Below are positions 47,782-56,721 of a stretch of DNA of 64,000 bases, one piece after another (within the stretch, counting starts at the first letter, position 1; the number at the start of each line of letters is the position of its first letter). Position numbers and translations under genes: made by a program. Below the pieces are notes generated by a model. It saw only the letters and a program-made list of their open reading frames with translations. It had not been told where the DNA came from and ran no database searches. The stretch spans positions 805,595 to 869,594 of the forward strand of contig OZ246416.1 in NCBI GenBank assembly GCA_965231095.1. Reading direction: 5' to 3'. This DNA comes from an uncultured Gammaproteobacteria bacterium. Its GTDB lineage: Bacteria > Patescibacteriota > Patescibacteriia > XYB2-FULL-38-15.

Positions 47782-48165
47782 ATGGATCCAATTTCAGACA
47801 TGCTTACCAGAATTAGAAACGCCGTTCTTGTAAAAAAAGACGCGGTGATGATTCCCTTTTCAAGGATTAAGTTTGAAATTGCTAAAATAATGGAAGCAGA
47901 AAAATTTGTTGGTGGTATAGAAGTTTTAGAAAAAGAGAGAAAATTAAAAATTACTTTGAGATATGATGGGGATGGTTCTCCGGCCGTGAGAAATTTGAAA
48001 AGAGTAAGCAAGCCGGGCAAGCGAGTTTATGCCTCCAAGATAGATTTGCCGAAAGTTTTGGGCGGGATTGGCATCGCGATAGTCTCTACCTCGCAGGGGC
48101 TTCTCACTGCCTCTGAGGCGAAAAAAAGAGGATTGGGAGGAGAAGTACTTTGTGAAATTTATTAA
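47782..48165 (+). CDS. rpsH: 30S ribosomal protein S8
   Basis: MDPISDMLTRIRNA... is S8. Confidence 0.9.
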   Translation: MDPISDMLTRIRNAVLVKKDAVMIPFSRIKFEIAKIMEAEKFVGGIEVLEKERKLKITLRYDGDGSPAVRNLKRVSKPGKRVYASKIDLPKVLGGIGIAIVSTSQGLLTASEAKKRGLGGEVLCEIY

Positions 48166-48171
48166 AAAATT

Positions 48172-48729
48172 ATGTCAAGAATAGGTAAAAAAATAATTTC
48201 CGTGCCAAAGGGAGTCGAGGTAAAAATCGACCAAGGTTTTGTTTTGGTCAAGGGGCCAAAAGGAGAATTAAAAGAAGCCGTCCACCCGCGAGTCTCAATA
48301 GTTTTGGAAAACAATGAAGTAAAAATAACCGTGAAAGATTCGGAATTAAAATCAGACAAAGCTCTTTGGGGACTTTACGGAAGCATGATAAAAAATATGA
48401 TTGCGGGCGTGACCGTCGGTTTTCTTAAAAAATTAGAAATAAATGGTGTTGGTTATAAAGCGGCCGTTGCCGGTGATAAAATTAATTTGAGTTTAGGTTT
48501 TTCCCATCCCGTTGATTTTTCTCTTCCCGAGGGTATCACGGCGGCGATTGATAAGAATGTTATTTCTGTCAGCGGCATTAATAAACGTTTGGTTGGGGAA
48601 ACGGCGGCTAGACTTCGGGCATTGAAACCCCCGGAACCGTACAAAGGAAAAGGCATAAAATATATTGATGAAGTGATCGTGAAGAAGGCCGGAAAGGCGG
48701 CTAAATCTGCCGGGGCCGGAGCAGCTTAA
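48172..48729 (+). CDS. rplF: 50S ribosomal protein L6
   Basis: MSRIGKKIISVPKGVEVKID... is L6. Confidence 0.9.
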   Translation: MSRIGKKIISVPKGVEVKIDQGFVLVKGPKGELKEAVHPRVSIVLENNEVKITVKDSELKSDKALWGLYGSMIKNMIAGVTVGFLKKLEINGVGYKAAVAGDKINLSLGFSHPVDFSLPEGITAAIDKNVISVSGINKRLVGETAARLRALKPPEPYKGKGIKYIDEVIVKKAGKAAKSAGAGAA

Positions 48730-48775
48730 AAACTAGTCCGCCAAGGGCGGAAAAATAGAATTTGAAAAAGACTTT

Positions 48776-49189
48776 ATGAAAAATTTACAGCAAATAAAAG
48801 AAGAAAAAAGAAAAAGACGCCAGGCTCGGGTCAGGGCGAAACTTTTTGGCGACGCAAAAAAGCCAAGACTTGTGGTTAGAAGAAGTGACAAGCATATAAG
48901 CGTCCAATTGATTGATGATGTGGCAGGCAAAACACTTGCCGCGGCTTCCGACTTTTCTTTGGGGAAAAAGACCGTGGGAAAAAATAAAAGAGTTGTTGTG
49001 GCCTCGCCAAAAGATCTGGGCGGGAGAACCAATAAAGCGGCGATTGCTTTTGAGGTGGGAAAAATACTTGCAGAGAAGGCTAAAAAATTGGGGATTGAAG
49101 CAGCGATTTTTGATAGAGGTGGTTTTACTTATCATGGTAGAATAAAGGCAGTAGCTGAAGGCGCAAGAGAGGGTGGAATTAAATTTTAA
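48776..49189 (+). CDS. rplR: 50S ribosomal protein L18
   Basis: [17 protein letters not shown]... is L18. Confidence 0.85.
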   Translation: MKNLQQIKEEKRKRRQARVRAKLFGDAKKPRLVVRRSDKHISVQLIDDVAGKTLAAASDFSLGKKTVGKNKRVVVASPKDLGGRTNKAAIAFEVGKILAEKAKKLGIEAAIFDRGGFTYHGRIKAVAEGAREGGIKF

Positions 49190-49202
49190 TAAAGTTTAAA
49201 AT

Positions 49203-49697
49203 ATGATGCCTAATAAAAGCGGCCAAGGAAGAAGAAGAGAAAGAGAATTTGATAAGGAAAGAGAATTTGAACAAAAAATTCTTGAAATAGCGCGCGTCAC
49301 AAGAGTGACGGCGGGCGGGAAGAGAATGAAATTTCGCGCCTGTGTTATTGTTGGTGATAAAAAGGGCCGCGTAGGGATGTCTGTGGCTAAAGGATCTGAC
49401 GTGACGGCTGCCGTGGCCAAGGCGGGAATCAAGGCCGAGAAAAATTTAGTGGCTGTACCATTAAAGAACGAAACAATTCCTTACGAAATTATAGAAAAAT
49501 TTGGTGCGGCGGTTGTTCTCTTAAAACCGGCGCCGAAAGGTACGGGCGTTAAAGCCGGCGGAGCTATGCGAAGTGTTTTTGAGTTGGCCGGAGTTCCGAA
49601 TGTCGTAGGAAAAATTTTAGGTTCAAAAAATAAAATTAATAACAGCAGAGCGACGATTAATGCTTTGGGCAAGTTGAAATTAAACTTGAGAAAGTAA
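49203..49697 (+). CDS. rpsE: 30S ribosomal protein S5
   Basis: RVTRVTAGGKRMKFRACVIVGDKKGRVGMSVAKG. Confidence 0.9.
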   Translation: MMPNKSGQGRRREREFDKEREFEQKILEIARVTRVTAGGKRMKFRACVIVGDKKGRVGMSVAKGSDVTAAVAKAGIKAEKNLVAVPLKNETIPYEIIEKFGAAVVLLKPAPKGTGVKAGGAMRSVFELAGVPNVVGKILGSKNKINNSRATINALGKLKLNLRK

Positions 49698-49701
49698 ATT
49701 T

Positions 49702-50139
49702 ATGGCCTTAACATTACATACAATCAAACCGTTTTCCGGATCAAAGAAAAAAGTTAAACGCGTGGGTAGAGGTTTGGGAAGCACGGGCACCTACAGCGGC
49801 CGGGGACAAAAAGGTCAAAAGGCGAGATCGGGCGGAAGAGGGGGCCTGAAACTTTTGGGTATGAGAAGGATTATTATGTCCACCCCGAAGTTGCGTGGTT
49901 TTAAGAGTCCTCATCCCAAAATGGTCGCGGTTAATGTCGGTGATTTGGAGAAAAAATTTAATGACGGGGAGCGCGTTACGCCGAAAACATTGTTAGAAAA
50001 GGGATTAGTTGGTAAAATGAAAGCAATGGTGAAGATTTTGGGTGAAGGAGAATTTAAAAAGAAATTAATTATAGAGGATTGCGCTGTTTCGGCGAGCGCT
50101 AAGGAAAAAATAGAAAAAGCGGGTGGAGCAGTCCGATAA
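49702..50139 (+). CDS. rplO: 50S ribosomal protein L15 (no L30 gene between S5 and L15)
   Basis: KRVGRGLGSTGTYSGRGQKGQKARSGG. Confidence 0.85.
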   Translation: MALTLHTIKPFSGSKKKVKRVGRGLGSTGTYSGRGQKGQKARSGGRGGLKLLGMRRIIMSTPKLRGFKSPHPKMVAVNVGDLEKKFNDGERVTPKTLLEKGLVGKMKAMVKILGEGEFKKKLIIEDCAVSASAKEKIEKAGGAVR

Positions 50140-50158
50140 GCCCAATAATTTTTATATT

Positions 50159-51430
50159 ATGTGGCAAAAATTTGTCCAAATTTGGAAAATTCCTGATTTA
50201 AGAAAAAATATTTTTTTTGTCCTTCTGATGTTGGGCATTTTTCGTTTAGCGGCGCATATTCCGGTTCCGGGGGTTAATCTTGAAAATTTAAAAAAATTTT
50301 TTGAATCAAATCAAATTTTGGGATTATTAAATGTTTTTTCCGGCGGGAGCATGGAAAATTTTTCTGTGGTGATGTTGGGGGTGGCTCCTTATATTACGGC
50401 CTCAATTATTTTTCAATTATTGATGATGATTATTCCGCGCCTGGAAGAAATTGGGAAAGAGGAATACGGCCGACAAAAAATAAATCAGTGGACAAGAATT
50501 TTGGCAGTGCCGCTCGCGGCCCTGCAGGCTTATAGTATGATTGCCATGCTTCGCCAATCAGCCAATCCAATTATTACAGACGTTTCTCCTTGGCGGCTTT
50601 TCAGCACAGTGATGACCATTACCGCCGGCACGATTTTTTTGATGTGGATCGGCGAATTAATTTCCGAGAAAAAAATCGGCAATGGCATTTCACTTTTGAT
50701 TTTTGCCGGGATTATTACCGGGTTACCGGCCGCCGTGCAGCAGGCTTTGGTAGTTTTTGACGCTTCCCAAGTTTTTAATTTTATAATCTTCGCGGTCATT
50801 GCCGTTATCACAATTGTCGGAGTAGTAATTATCAGTGAAGGGCAACGGCAAGTTCCGGTTTCTTACGCCAAACAAGTCCGCGGGACAAAAATATATGGCG
50901 GCGCCTCAACTCATCTTCCGCTTCGGGTCAATATGGCGGGCGTGATTCCAATTATTTTTGCCATTTCCATTATTCTTTTCCCGCCGATGATTGCCCAGTT
51001 TTTTGTGCAGGCCAAGTCGGCCTGGATTGCCGGCGCGGCGCAGTGGGTGATAGATATTTTTCGAAATCAATTGGTTTACGGTATCCTTTATTTTATTTTA
51101 GTTTTTGGTTTTACTTATTTTTACACGGCGGTTATTTTCCATCCAAAACAAATCGCGGATAATTTGCAAAAGAATGGCGGGTTTATCCCCGGTATTCGTC
51201 CGGGCGCGCCGACCGCAGAATATCTTGGCGCGACAACTTCAAGAATCATTTTGGCCGGAGCTTTGTTTCTCGCGATTATCGCGGTTTTGCCGATGATTTT
51301 ACAACAAGTCACCGGCGTCCAGGTTTTGCAATTTGGCGGAACAAGTGTTTTGATCGTCGTTTCGGTTGTACTTGAAACAATCAGACAAATTGATTCACAA
51401 CTCACGATGCGCGCGTACGACGGATTGTAA
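50159..51430 (+). CDS. secY: preprotein translocase subunit SecY
   Basis: 10-TM SecY pattern. ATG at 50159 (MWQKFVQIWKIPDLRKNIFF) is preferred to the overlapping track start. Confidence 0.9.
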   Translation: MWQKFVQIWKIPDLRKNIFFVLLMLGIFRLAAHIPVPGVNLENLKKFFESNQILGLLNVFSGGSMENFSVVMLGVAPYITASIIFQLLMMIIPRLEEIGKEEYGRQKINQWTRILAVPLAALQAYSMIAMLRQSANPIITDVSPWRLFSTVMTITAGTIFLMWIGELISEKKIGNGISLLIFAGIITGLPAAVQQALVVFDASQVFNFIIFAVIAVITIVGVVIISEGQRQVPVSYAKQVRGTKIYGGASTHLPLRVNMAGVIPIIFAISIILFPPMIAQFFVQAKSAWIAGAAQWVIDIFRNQLVYGILYFILVFGFTYFYTAVIFHPKQIADNLQKNGGFIPGIRPGAPTAEYLGATTSRIILAGALFLAIIAVLPMILQQVTGVQVLQFGGTSVLIVVSVVLETIRQIDSQLTMRAYDGL

Positions 51431-51451
51431 TCTAGAATTAAAAATTAGAAT

Positions 51452-51733
51452 ATGGGTTTTTTAGACATTCTTTTCGGCGGCGGCAAAGCCAAAAAGCAAG
51501 GAATGCTTTTTACAACTTCACTTGAAGTTGAAAAAACTCTTTTCCGCATTGGGACGTTGAATCAAGAACAGAGATCGTTCGTGAAAAGCATGATTGTAAA
51601 ATTTATTGGTTCCGGCGGAGTTACGGTCGAAGAATACAGATCGCATATTTTGCCTGAACTTTATAAAATGTCCCAAACCGGAAAAATTTCTTCAGTTGAT
51701 TACCAGAAATTAAAAAATTTAATTTATAAATAG
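51452..51733 (+). CDS. hypothetical protein (93 aa) between secY and adk
   Basis: ORF only. A terminator hairpin cccacac-aaaaa-gtgtggg follows. Confidence 0.4.
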   Translation: MGFLDILFGGGKAKKQGMLFTTSLEVEKTLFRIGTLNQEQRSFVKSMIVKFIGSGGVTVEEYRSHILPELYKMSQTGKISSVDYQKLKNLIYK

Positions 51734-51762
51734 CCCACACAAAAAGTGTGGGTTTTGCGCTT

Positions 51763-52413
51763 ATGAGGGGACCGCTAAAAATCGCCATCTTCGGGTCGCA
51801 AGGATCAGGCAAGGGTACGCAGGCGGAAATGTTAGCCAAAAAATATAATTTAGGGGTTTTTTCTACCGGGGAATTTTTTCGCCAAGAAATAAAAAAACAG
51901 ACAGAGCTCGGGAAGTTAGCCGACTCCCTGATTAATAGGGGGCAGCTTGTGCCGGACGAGATTGTTAATAAAATTATTCTTAGCGAACTTTCCATACCAA
52001 AATATCAAGGAGGGTTTATTTTAGATGGGTACCCGCGGAATAAAAATCAGATTGAATTTTTAGAAAAAAATATTGGTTTGGATTTGGCGATTTTACTTAT
52101 GATAAGCGACGAAGAAGTTCAAAAAAGATTGGCGGGCCGGAGAGTTTGCCCAGAGTGCGGGGCGATTTATAATATTTTGAATAAGCCGCCGCGTCAGGGT
52201 GAAATTTGCGATATTTGTGGGGAGCGTCTTGCGGTGCGGGATGATGACAAACCGGAATTTATCGCGAAACGGCTTCAAATTTACCATACGGAAACGGAAC
52301 CAATTATAAATTATTATGAAAAAAAAGAAAAATTAATTAAAATAAACGGAGTGGAGCCGATAAAAAAAGTTTTTGATAATATCGTAAAAGAATTGGAAAA
52401 GAAAAATTTATAA
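51763..52413 (+). CDS. adk: adenylate kinase (zinc-binding lid)
   Basis: P-loop GSQGSGKGTQ. Lid Cys4 (CPECG...CDICG). ATG at 51763 is preferred to the GTG at 51748. Confidence 0.9.
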   Translation: MRGPLKIAIFGSQGSGKGTQAEMLAKKYNLGVFSTGEFFRQEIKKQTELGKLADSLINRGQLVPDEIVNKIILSELSIPKYQGGFILDGYPRNKNQIEFLEKNIGLDLAILLMISDEEVQKRLAGRRVCPECGAIYNILNKPPRQGEICDICGERLAVRDDDKPEFIAKRLQIYHTETEPIINYYEKKEKLIKINGVEPIKKVFDNIVKELEKKNL

Positions 52414-52415
52414 AT

Positions 52416-53207
52416 ATGGAAAAAATAATTATAAAAACTCCGGAAGAAATTGAGATAATGCGCCAAGGCGGAAAAATTTTAGCCATGGTTTTAAAAGAGT
52501 TGGCAGGGGCGGCGAAGCCGGGGGTAAGCACGGCTGAACTAAACGAGCTGGCGGAAGAGCTGATCGCAAGGAATAATGCCTCGCCGGCTTTTAAAAATTA
52601 TCGGCCGAGTGCCGGCGATCTCCCATTTCCTACAACCCTATGCACATCAATTAATAGAGAAGTGGTCCATGCTCCAGCTCTTCCCGCGAGGCTTCTTCGC
52701 GAAGGAGATGTACTTTGTCTTGATTTGGGCTTGAAATATCCCGCCGGGGAAAACGGACTTTTTGTCGATGCGGCGCTTACGGTGGGTGTTGGAAAAATAA
52801 CTCCGGAAGCAAAAAGATTGATTGAAACGACAAGGCAGGCTCTTGAAGTCGGCATAAATCAAGTAAAGCCGGGCAATACAATCCGTGATATTGCGAAAGC
52901 GGTGCAGGCGCGCATTGAAGAAGCGGGATTTTCTGTGGTGCGTGATTTGGTTGGGCATGGGGTTGGCAAACGCGTTCATGAACCTCCGCGCATCCCAAAT
53001 TTTTGGGACGGAGACGAGGCGCCCGTTGAATTAAAAAAAGGAATGACGATTTGCATTGAGCCAATGGTTTGCGCCGGATCTGCCGCGGTGCGGACAAAGC
53101 GCGAGGATGGATGGACGGTGGAAACGGTTGATTGTTCTCTCGCGGCTCATTTTGAGCATACAATAGCTGTGACAAAAAACGGCTATGAAATTTTGACAAA
53201 ATTATGA
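52416..53207 (+). CDS. map: methionine aminopeptidase type I
   Basis: Pita-bread metal ligands (D..D..H..E..E pattern: CLDLG, GHGVG, ICIEPM). Confidence 0.9.
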   Translation: MEKIIIKTPEEIEIMRQGGKILAMVLKELAGAAKPGVSTAELNELAEELIARNNASPAFKNYRPSAGDLPFPTTLCTSINREVVHAPALPARLLREGDVLCLDLGLKYPAGENGLFVDAALTVGVGKITPEAKRLIETTRQALEVGINQVKPGNTIRDIAKAVQARIEEAGFSVVRDLVGHGVGKRVHEPPRIPNFWDGDEAPVELKKGMTICIEPMVCAGSAAVRTKREDGWTVETVDCSLAAHFEHTIAVTKNGYEILTKL

Positions 53208-53596
53208 ATTATTTAGGGATTGATTACGGAGAAAAAAGAGTTGGGCTTGCGACGGGCGACGATAAAATTAAAATTGCCTCGCCGTTTTTAGTTTTAGAAA
53301 ATAAGAGCCAAGATTTTTTGTTAGCTGAGATTAAAAAAATTTGTGATCAGGAAAATATCGAGAGGATTGTAGTGGGGTTGCCGCTCACGATGGTGAGCGA
53401 AACCGGTTTGCAGGCAAAAGAAGTTTTACGTTTTGTGGATTTTCTAAAAAATAATTTAGCCGCGCCGGTCGCAGTGGAAGATGAAAGATTTTCTAGTGCT
53501 ATGGTGGATAAGTTGATGGCAGAATCCGGGGTGAAAGATCGTGACGCCGTGGCGGCGATGGTAATTTTACAAAGTTTTTTTGACAGAAAAAAATGA
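53204..53596 (+). CDS. ruvX: YqgF/RuvX Holliday-junction resolvase-like pre-16S rRNA nuclease
   Basis: MNYLGIDYGEKRVGLATGD... is YqgF-family. Confidence 0.8.
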   Translation: MNYLGIDYGEKRVGLATGDDKIKIASPFLVLENKSQDFLLAEIKKICDQENIERIVVGLPLTMVSETGLQAKEVLRFVDFLKNNLAAPVAVEDERFSSAMVDKLMAESGVKDRDAVAAMVILQSFFDRKK

Positions 53597-54354
53597 CGCA
53601 TCTTGTTCGGGGCATAATTTTAAAAAAACAAGACTATCGTGAAAGCGATCGTCTTTTTGTAATTTATACAGATGAGCTCGGGAAAATTTCCGCGGTCGCG
53701 AAAGGTGTCCGCAAAATAAAAAGTAAAATGGCCGGGCACTTGGAATTATTTTCTGTTATTAATTTGATGGTTGCCCCCGGAAAAAATAATTATCAAATCG
53801 CCGGCGCCGACCGAGAAGAAAATTTCTTAAATATTAAAAGTGATTTAGGGAAAACCGTACTCGGAAGTTTTTGTCTGGAAGTTGTGGACATTTTTACTAA
53901 AACCGACCATCCGGATATAAAAATTTATGAGCTGCTTTTGGAAATTTTAAAAGTTTTTGATAATGGGAAAAATAAGAATTTTCTAAAAACATATGCCCTA
54001 TCAAAATTTTTTATTTTAAAATTATTGTCGCTTTTGGGATGGACGCCGGAACTTTACAGCTGTGTTAAATGCAAAAAGAAAATTACCCCGAGCGGAAATT
54101 TTTTTGACGCGGAGCGTGGGGGACTCACTTGCGGGCAGTGTGGCAGGGGCGAGTTGCCGATTTCTACTGCGGCGATTAAAATTTTGCGGTTTGTCTTGAA
54201 AAATGATTTTAAAAAAATATCAACGTTAAAAATTTCTAAAGTTAATATTAAAGAATCGGCGAAAACGATAGATGTTTTTACTGCGGTTCATCAAGATGGG
54301 GAATTGAAAAGTGCTATGTGGATAACCCATTTGACCCAGTCGTTAAAAATTTGA
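53593..54354 (+). CDS. recO: DNA repair protein RecO
   Basis: N-terminal OB fold and C-terminal zinc motif CVKC...CGQCG. Confidence 0.8.
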   Translation: MTHLVRGIILKKQDYRESDRLFVIYTDELGKISAVAKGVRKIKSKMAGHLELFSVINLMVAPGKNNYQIAGADREENFLNIKSDLGKTVLGSFCLEVVDIFTKTDHPDIKIYELLLEILKVFDNGKNKNFLKTYALSKFFILKLLSLLGWTPELYSCVKCKKKITPSGNFFDAERGGLTCGQCGRGELPISTAAIKILRFVLKNDFKKISTLKISKVNIKESAKTIDVFTAVHQDGELKSAMWITHLTQSLKI

Positions 54355-54383
54355 TAAACTCAATTTCAGAACGTTGAAAGGGG

Positions 54384-54417
54384 ACGGCGAAAGGAGGAAT
54401 CCTTCGCCGTTTTTTTG
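54384..54417 (+). terminator. rho-independent terminator after recO (acggcgaa...ttcgccgt + T7)
   Basis: 8-bp stem followed by TTTTTTT. Confidence 0.7.
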
Positions 54418-54446
54418 CGCCCAAGAAATTGGGAAGGAGGACAAGA

Positions 54447-55127
54447 ATGTTGCCTAGGGGTTGTCCGAGCGAAAGAGCTCTGTTTCGGCAGATGTTCGAT
54501 AAGCAGGTTGATCGGCTCGTTACAGGCGGCTGGCATACGGTGTTGGGGTGGGCAGAAAAAGATCTTCGCATCTATCTCGGCATGCTAGTTGATCCGCCGA
54601 GCGGCGTCCTCTATGAGGTCAGGGTGGAGACCCCGGACCATCTCCCACTTCTTGTAGTGATTCCGCACGCTATACTCCCGATTGAGCGCCAGATGGAGCG
54701 GCTTGTCGTGGCCAAGAAGCACGGTTACGCGAGCCTTGACTCGGAAAAACTCTGGAATCCCGAGGGAATCGGCGAGTCCAAATCGCCCTATCTAATCTGT
54801 GACGTCGATGACGGCGCAGAGAATGTGGGGCTAGCCACAGGCGAAGTTGCGGGAGGAATCAGCCGCGCTTGTCGGCAAGGACTCATTATGGAGGAGGCGA
54901 TTGCTCTCGCCCTCCATTCGCCGGAATCGCTCGTCCATCATGCTTTTGCGCTGATTGGCGTAGACTACCAGATCGCGCCTTGGTCGGGAAATGGGCCGCG
55001 CCGTCAGTGTGTTCCGGAGCTCTGGAACGGATCTGGCGGGCCGACGCAGAATTACAGTCCGCTCAATAGCAAGAGAGAAGACCGCGGCGTGCCGTCCTGC
55101 AAGAGGCGCTTGTTTTTGAACGGGTAA
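54447..55127 (+). CDS. GC-rich hypothetical protein (226 aa)
   Basis: SD GGAAGGAGG upstream of the ATG at 54447. Protein-like composition. The antisense ORF 54831-55247 is junk. Terminator at 55144-55181. Confidence 0.5.
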   Translation: MLPRGCPSERALFRQMFDKQVDRLVTGGWHTVLGWAEKDLRIYLGMLVDPPSGVLYEVRVETPDHLPLLVVIPHAILPIERQMERLVVAKKHGYASLDSEKLWNPEGIGESKSPYLICDVDDGAENVGLATGEVAGGISRACRQGLIMEEAIALALHSPESLVHHAFALIGVDYQIAPWSGNGPRRQCVPELWNGSGGPTQNYSPLNSKREDRGVPSCKRRLFLNG

Positions 55128-55143
55128 CCATAGCCCGAACGTT

Positions 55144-55181
55144 CTCGCCGACTTGATTAATTTTGAGTCGGCGATTTTTTT
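55144..55181 (+). terminator. rho-independent terminator (tcgccgact...gtcggcga + T7)
   Basis: 9-bp stem followed by TTTTTTT. Confidence 0.7.
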
Positions 55182-55365
55182 GTAAAATGTAGAAACCCCA
55201 GCACTAAAGCCCAAAGCGTGGCGGATGACAGTTCGTCTAGTCGGCACGGAAACGCCTGCGGCTCCCGTCGTACAAAAATATTATCTATTTTAAGGCTTAG
55301 TGCGGGGTTATTTGTTTGTCCTTAAATTTTTTTCGTGCACAGCACTTCAAAATTTAAACAAACAA

Positions 55366-55405
55366 ATAAAAAACGCGGCAACTTCTGTTTCCAAAAGTGC
55401 CGCGT
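55366..55405 (-). terminator. rho-independent terminator for the 55416-56660 minus-strand gene (cgcggca...tgccgcg, T-run on the minus strand)
   Basis: 7-bp GC stem. A6 on the plus strand, so T6 follows the hairpin on the minus strand. Confidence 0.65.
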
Positions 55406-55415
55406 GGGGTTTTAA

Positions 55416-56660
55416 CTAGAGCATGCCGGAGATGGTCTTCAACCGCTCCTTCAGTCTCGTGGCGTCGGGTTCGACTACCGGGCCGAATTCCTCCCGAATG
55501 GTGTCGAGAATCGCGCTTATGACGCGTTCCTTGACCGGGCGGAGGAAGCCCGTGTCGTTGATTTCTCGGTGGACTCGGAGAGAGAAGTCCGAGAGTCGCC
55601 GTAAGGTATGGCGGAAGTCAGCTTCAGTCACGGCATCCATCGCTTCAGCGAGAGCCAAGGGAAAGATGATACGAGACTCAAAGGCTCGTTGGGCTTCCTT
55701 GAGGCGGACGGCCGCGAGAATTCGGTCGATCGCCGCCAGGGCGAACTTCTTGCTTCGGGCAGATTTGGCCTTGGCGAGATCGAGTCGGATCATCTTGGCG
55801 GTTTTACGGAACGGCGTCACATCGAGATGCGGCAGGAGGCGCTGTAGAGTAAAATCAACTCGTCTCGCGAAGATGCGCCGAACTTTCGGTGAGAAGCTGA
55901 GTGAGAGTTGAAAATTCTCGGCTTGCAAGATTCTGCGGAGCGAGCCGAGGTCGTCGAAGATGTTGCCGATCGCCTGAGCAAGGATTTGTTCCAGAAGAAT
56001 CATCCTTGGGCCGATTCGGCGGATGTCGACATGCCGCCGGTCGACGCGCCGTTTGGCCGCGTCAACCCGCTTCTCGGTGGCTGGCAGATTTTGACTTCGC
56101 GTACCCGACGGATGCCGGACTTCAAGCGTAGCCGCCGCCGCGAGTTTTTTTGCGGCTTCCGCCTTGAGTTTGTCCCTCGCTCCGCCGAGCACTTGGGCGA
56201 TCTGCAAAAGATCGGCCCGGACTTTAGTCAGCTCACGGCTTGATGCGGCCTTGCCTTCCATTAGGATAGCGAGGTCGCAGCTCAGCCGATCGGAGAAATC
56301 GCTAAGCCTCTGGAGTTCGCCGGACTTTTCCTTCAGTCCGTATTTCCGGAGCGCATGGGCGGCGCGCCGTAGGGCTGCGTAGATCCCGCCCGAGACGATA
56401 TGGTACAGACGCTCCTCTCCACGTCCGCCGAAGTCGTACCAGGCCGAAACGAGCACGGTACCGGCCGGGGCCACGAGTTTTTCCTTCAAGACTTTGCCAC
56501 GACTCTTCGTACCCGCCGGGAAGGCAAGGGCCTCCTGGGTCACGAGAATTCGCTGACCGTTAAGTTCGCGAACCCTGAGGTCAACCTCTCCGAAAGCAGT
56601 CTGGGTTAGTTTTTTCAAAGTGCCCTCCTTACCCCATTTCGGGGTCTCTAACCTTACCAA
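55416..56660 (-). CDS. GC-rich hypothetical protein (414 aa), Arg/Ala/Leu-rich and predicted helical
   Basis: Coherent amino-acid composition (plus-strand overlapping ORFs are Arg/Ser junk). Own terminator. Convergent with the 54447 gene. GC ~60% versus host ~40%. Confidence 0.5.
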   Translation of the reverse strand: MVRLETPKWGKEGTLKKLTQTAFGEVDLRVRELNGQRILVTQEALAFPAGTKSRGKVLKEKLVAPAGTVLVSAWYDFGGRGEERLYHIVSGGIYAALRRAAHALRKYGLKEKSGELQRLSDFSDRLSCDLAILMEGKAASSRELTKVRADLLQIAQVLGGARDKLKAEAAKKLAAAATLEVRHPSGTRSQNLPATEKRVDAAKRRVDRRHVDIRRIGPRMILLEQILAQAIGNIFDDLGSLRRILQAENFQLSLSFSPKVRRIFARRVDFTLQRLLPHLDVTPFRKTAKMIRLDLAKAKSARSKKFALAAIDRILAAVRLKEAQRAFESRIIFPLALAEAMDAVTEADFRHTLRRLSDFSLRVHREINDTGFLRPVKERVISAILDTIREEFGPVVEPDATRLKERLKTISGML

Positions 56661-56721
56661 ATTATTATATTTTAGTCAATCTTGCCGAAAATCAAAAGAT
56701 TCTCTATAATTAAACAATTAT

